A DNA stretch of 64,000 bases from Eledone cirrhosa (taxonomy: Eukaryota), in contig OZ024747.1 in the NCBI GenBank assembly GCA_964016885.1, forward strand, positions 29,512,001 through 29,576,000, read 5' to 3'. A program made the position numbers and the translations under genes. Below, piece after piece: positions 63,386 to 64,000 of the stretch; the stretch's first letter is position 1, and each line of letters begins with the position of its first letter. Below the pieces are notes generated by a model, which was not told the DNA's origin, searched no databases, and saw only the letters and a program-made list of their open reading frames with translations.

Positions 63386-64000
63386 TGGGGGGGGTCCGTT
63401 TTTTATTTGGGTACCCCGTTTTTTATTTGGGTGCCCCGTTTTTTTATGGGGGGGGTCCGTTTTTTATTTGGGTGTCCCGTTTTTTTATGGGGGGGGTCCG
63501 TTTTTTATTTGGGTGCCCCGTTTTTTTATGGGGGGGGTCCGTTTTTTATTTGGGTACCCCGTTTTTTATTTGGGTGCCCCGTTTTTTTATGGGGGGATCC
63601 GTTTTTTATTTGGGTGCCCCGTTTTTTATTTGGGTGTCCCGTTTTTTTATGGGGGGATCCGTTTTTTATTTGGGTGCCCCGTTCTTTATGGGGGGGGGTC
63701 CGTTTTTTATTTGGGTACCCCGTTTTTTATTTGGGTGCCCCGTTTTTTTATGGGGGGGGTCCGTTTTTTATTTGGGTGCCCCGTTTTTTTATGGGGGGGG
63801 TCCGTTTTTTATTTGGGTGCCCCGTTTTTTTATGGGGGGGGGGTCCCGTTTTTTATTTGGGTGCCCCGTTTTTTTATGGGGGGGGGTCCGTTTTTTATTT
63901 GGGTACCCCGTTTTTTATTTGGGTGCCCCGTTTTTTTATGGGGGGGGGGTCCGTTTTTTATTTGGGTGCCCCGTTTTTTATTTGGGTGCCCCGTTTTTTT
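63378..64000 (+). repeat. SatB resumes in the same orientation and runs off the window end
   Basis: Same A and B 20-bp units as 7254-19853. Confidence 0.98.

Overview
This window is entirely non-coding tandem-repeat (satellite) DNA, most plausibly eukaryotic heterochromatin from a scaffolded assembly. No credible genes, RNA genes, CRISPR arrays or transposase ORFs are present; every ORF in the track is a translation of the repeats. Layout: (1) SatA, 1-7053, a very AT-rich ~278-bp monomer with two interleaved inverted repeats and a 2258-bp (8-monomer) tandem duplication. (2) A 200-N gap, 7054-7253. (3) SatB, 7254-19853, a T/G-skewed 20-bp satellite of two alternating units, CGTTTTTTATTTGGGTGCCC and CGTTTTTTTATGGGGGGGTC. 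(4) SatC, 19863-63377, a 43.5-kb array of 25-bp and ~27-bp monomers sharing GGGGAGATAATTT, with nested higher-order periods (206 bp, ~1.23 kb, 4.3-4.5 kb, 5.8+4.4=10.2 kb). (5) SatB resumes in the same orientation at 63378-64000. The most notable observation is that SatC looks inserted as one piece into a single SatB unit. It is flanked by a direct repeat TTTTTTTA and carries a short inverted SatC fragment at its left junction. Its right end joins its left start almost in higher-order register (201 bp missing), as expected if a circular satellite molecule had integrated. That mechanism is inference, and a misassembly has not been excluded.
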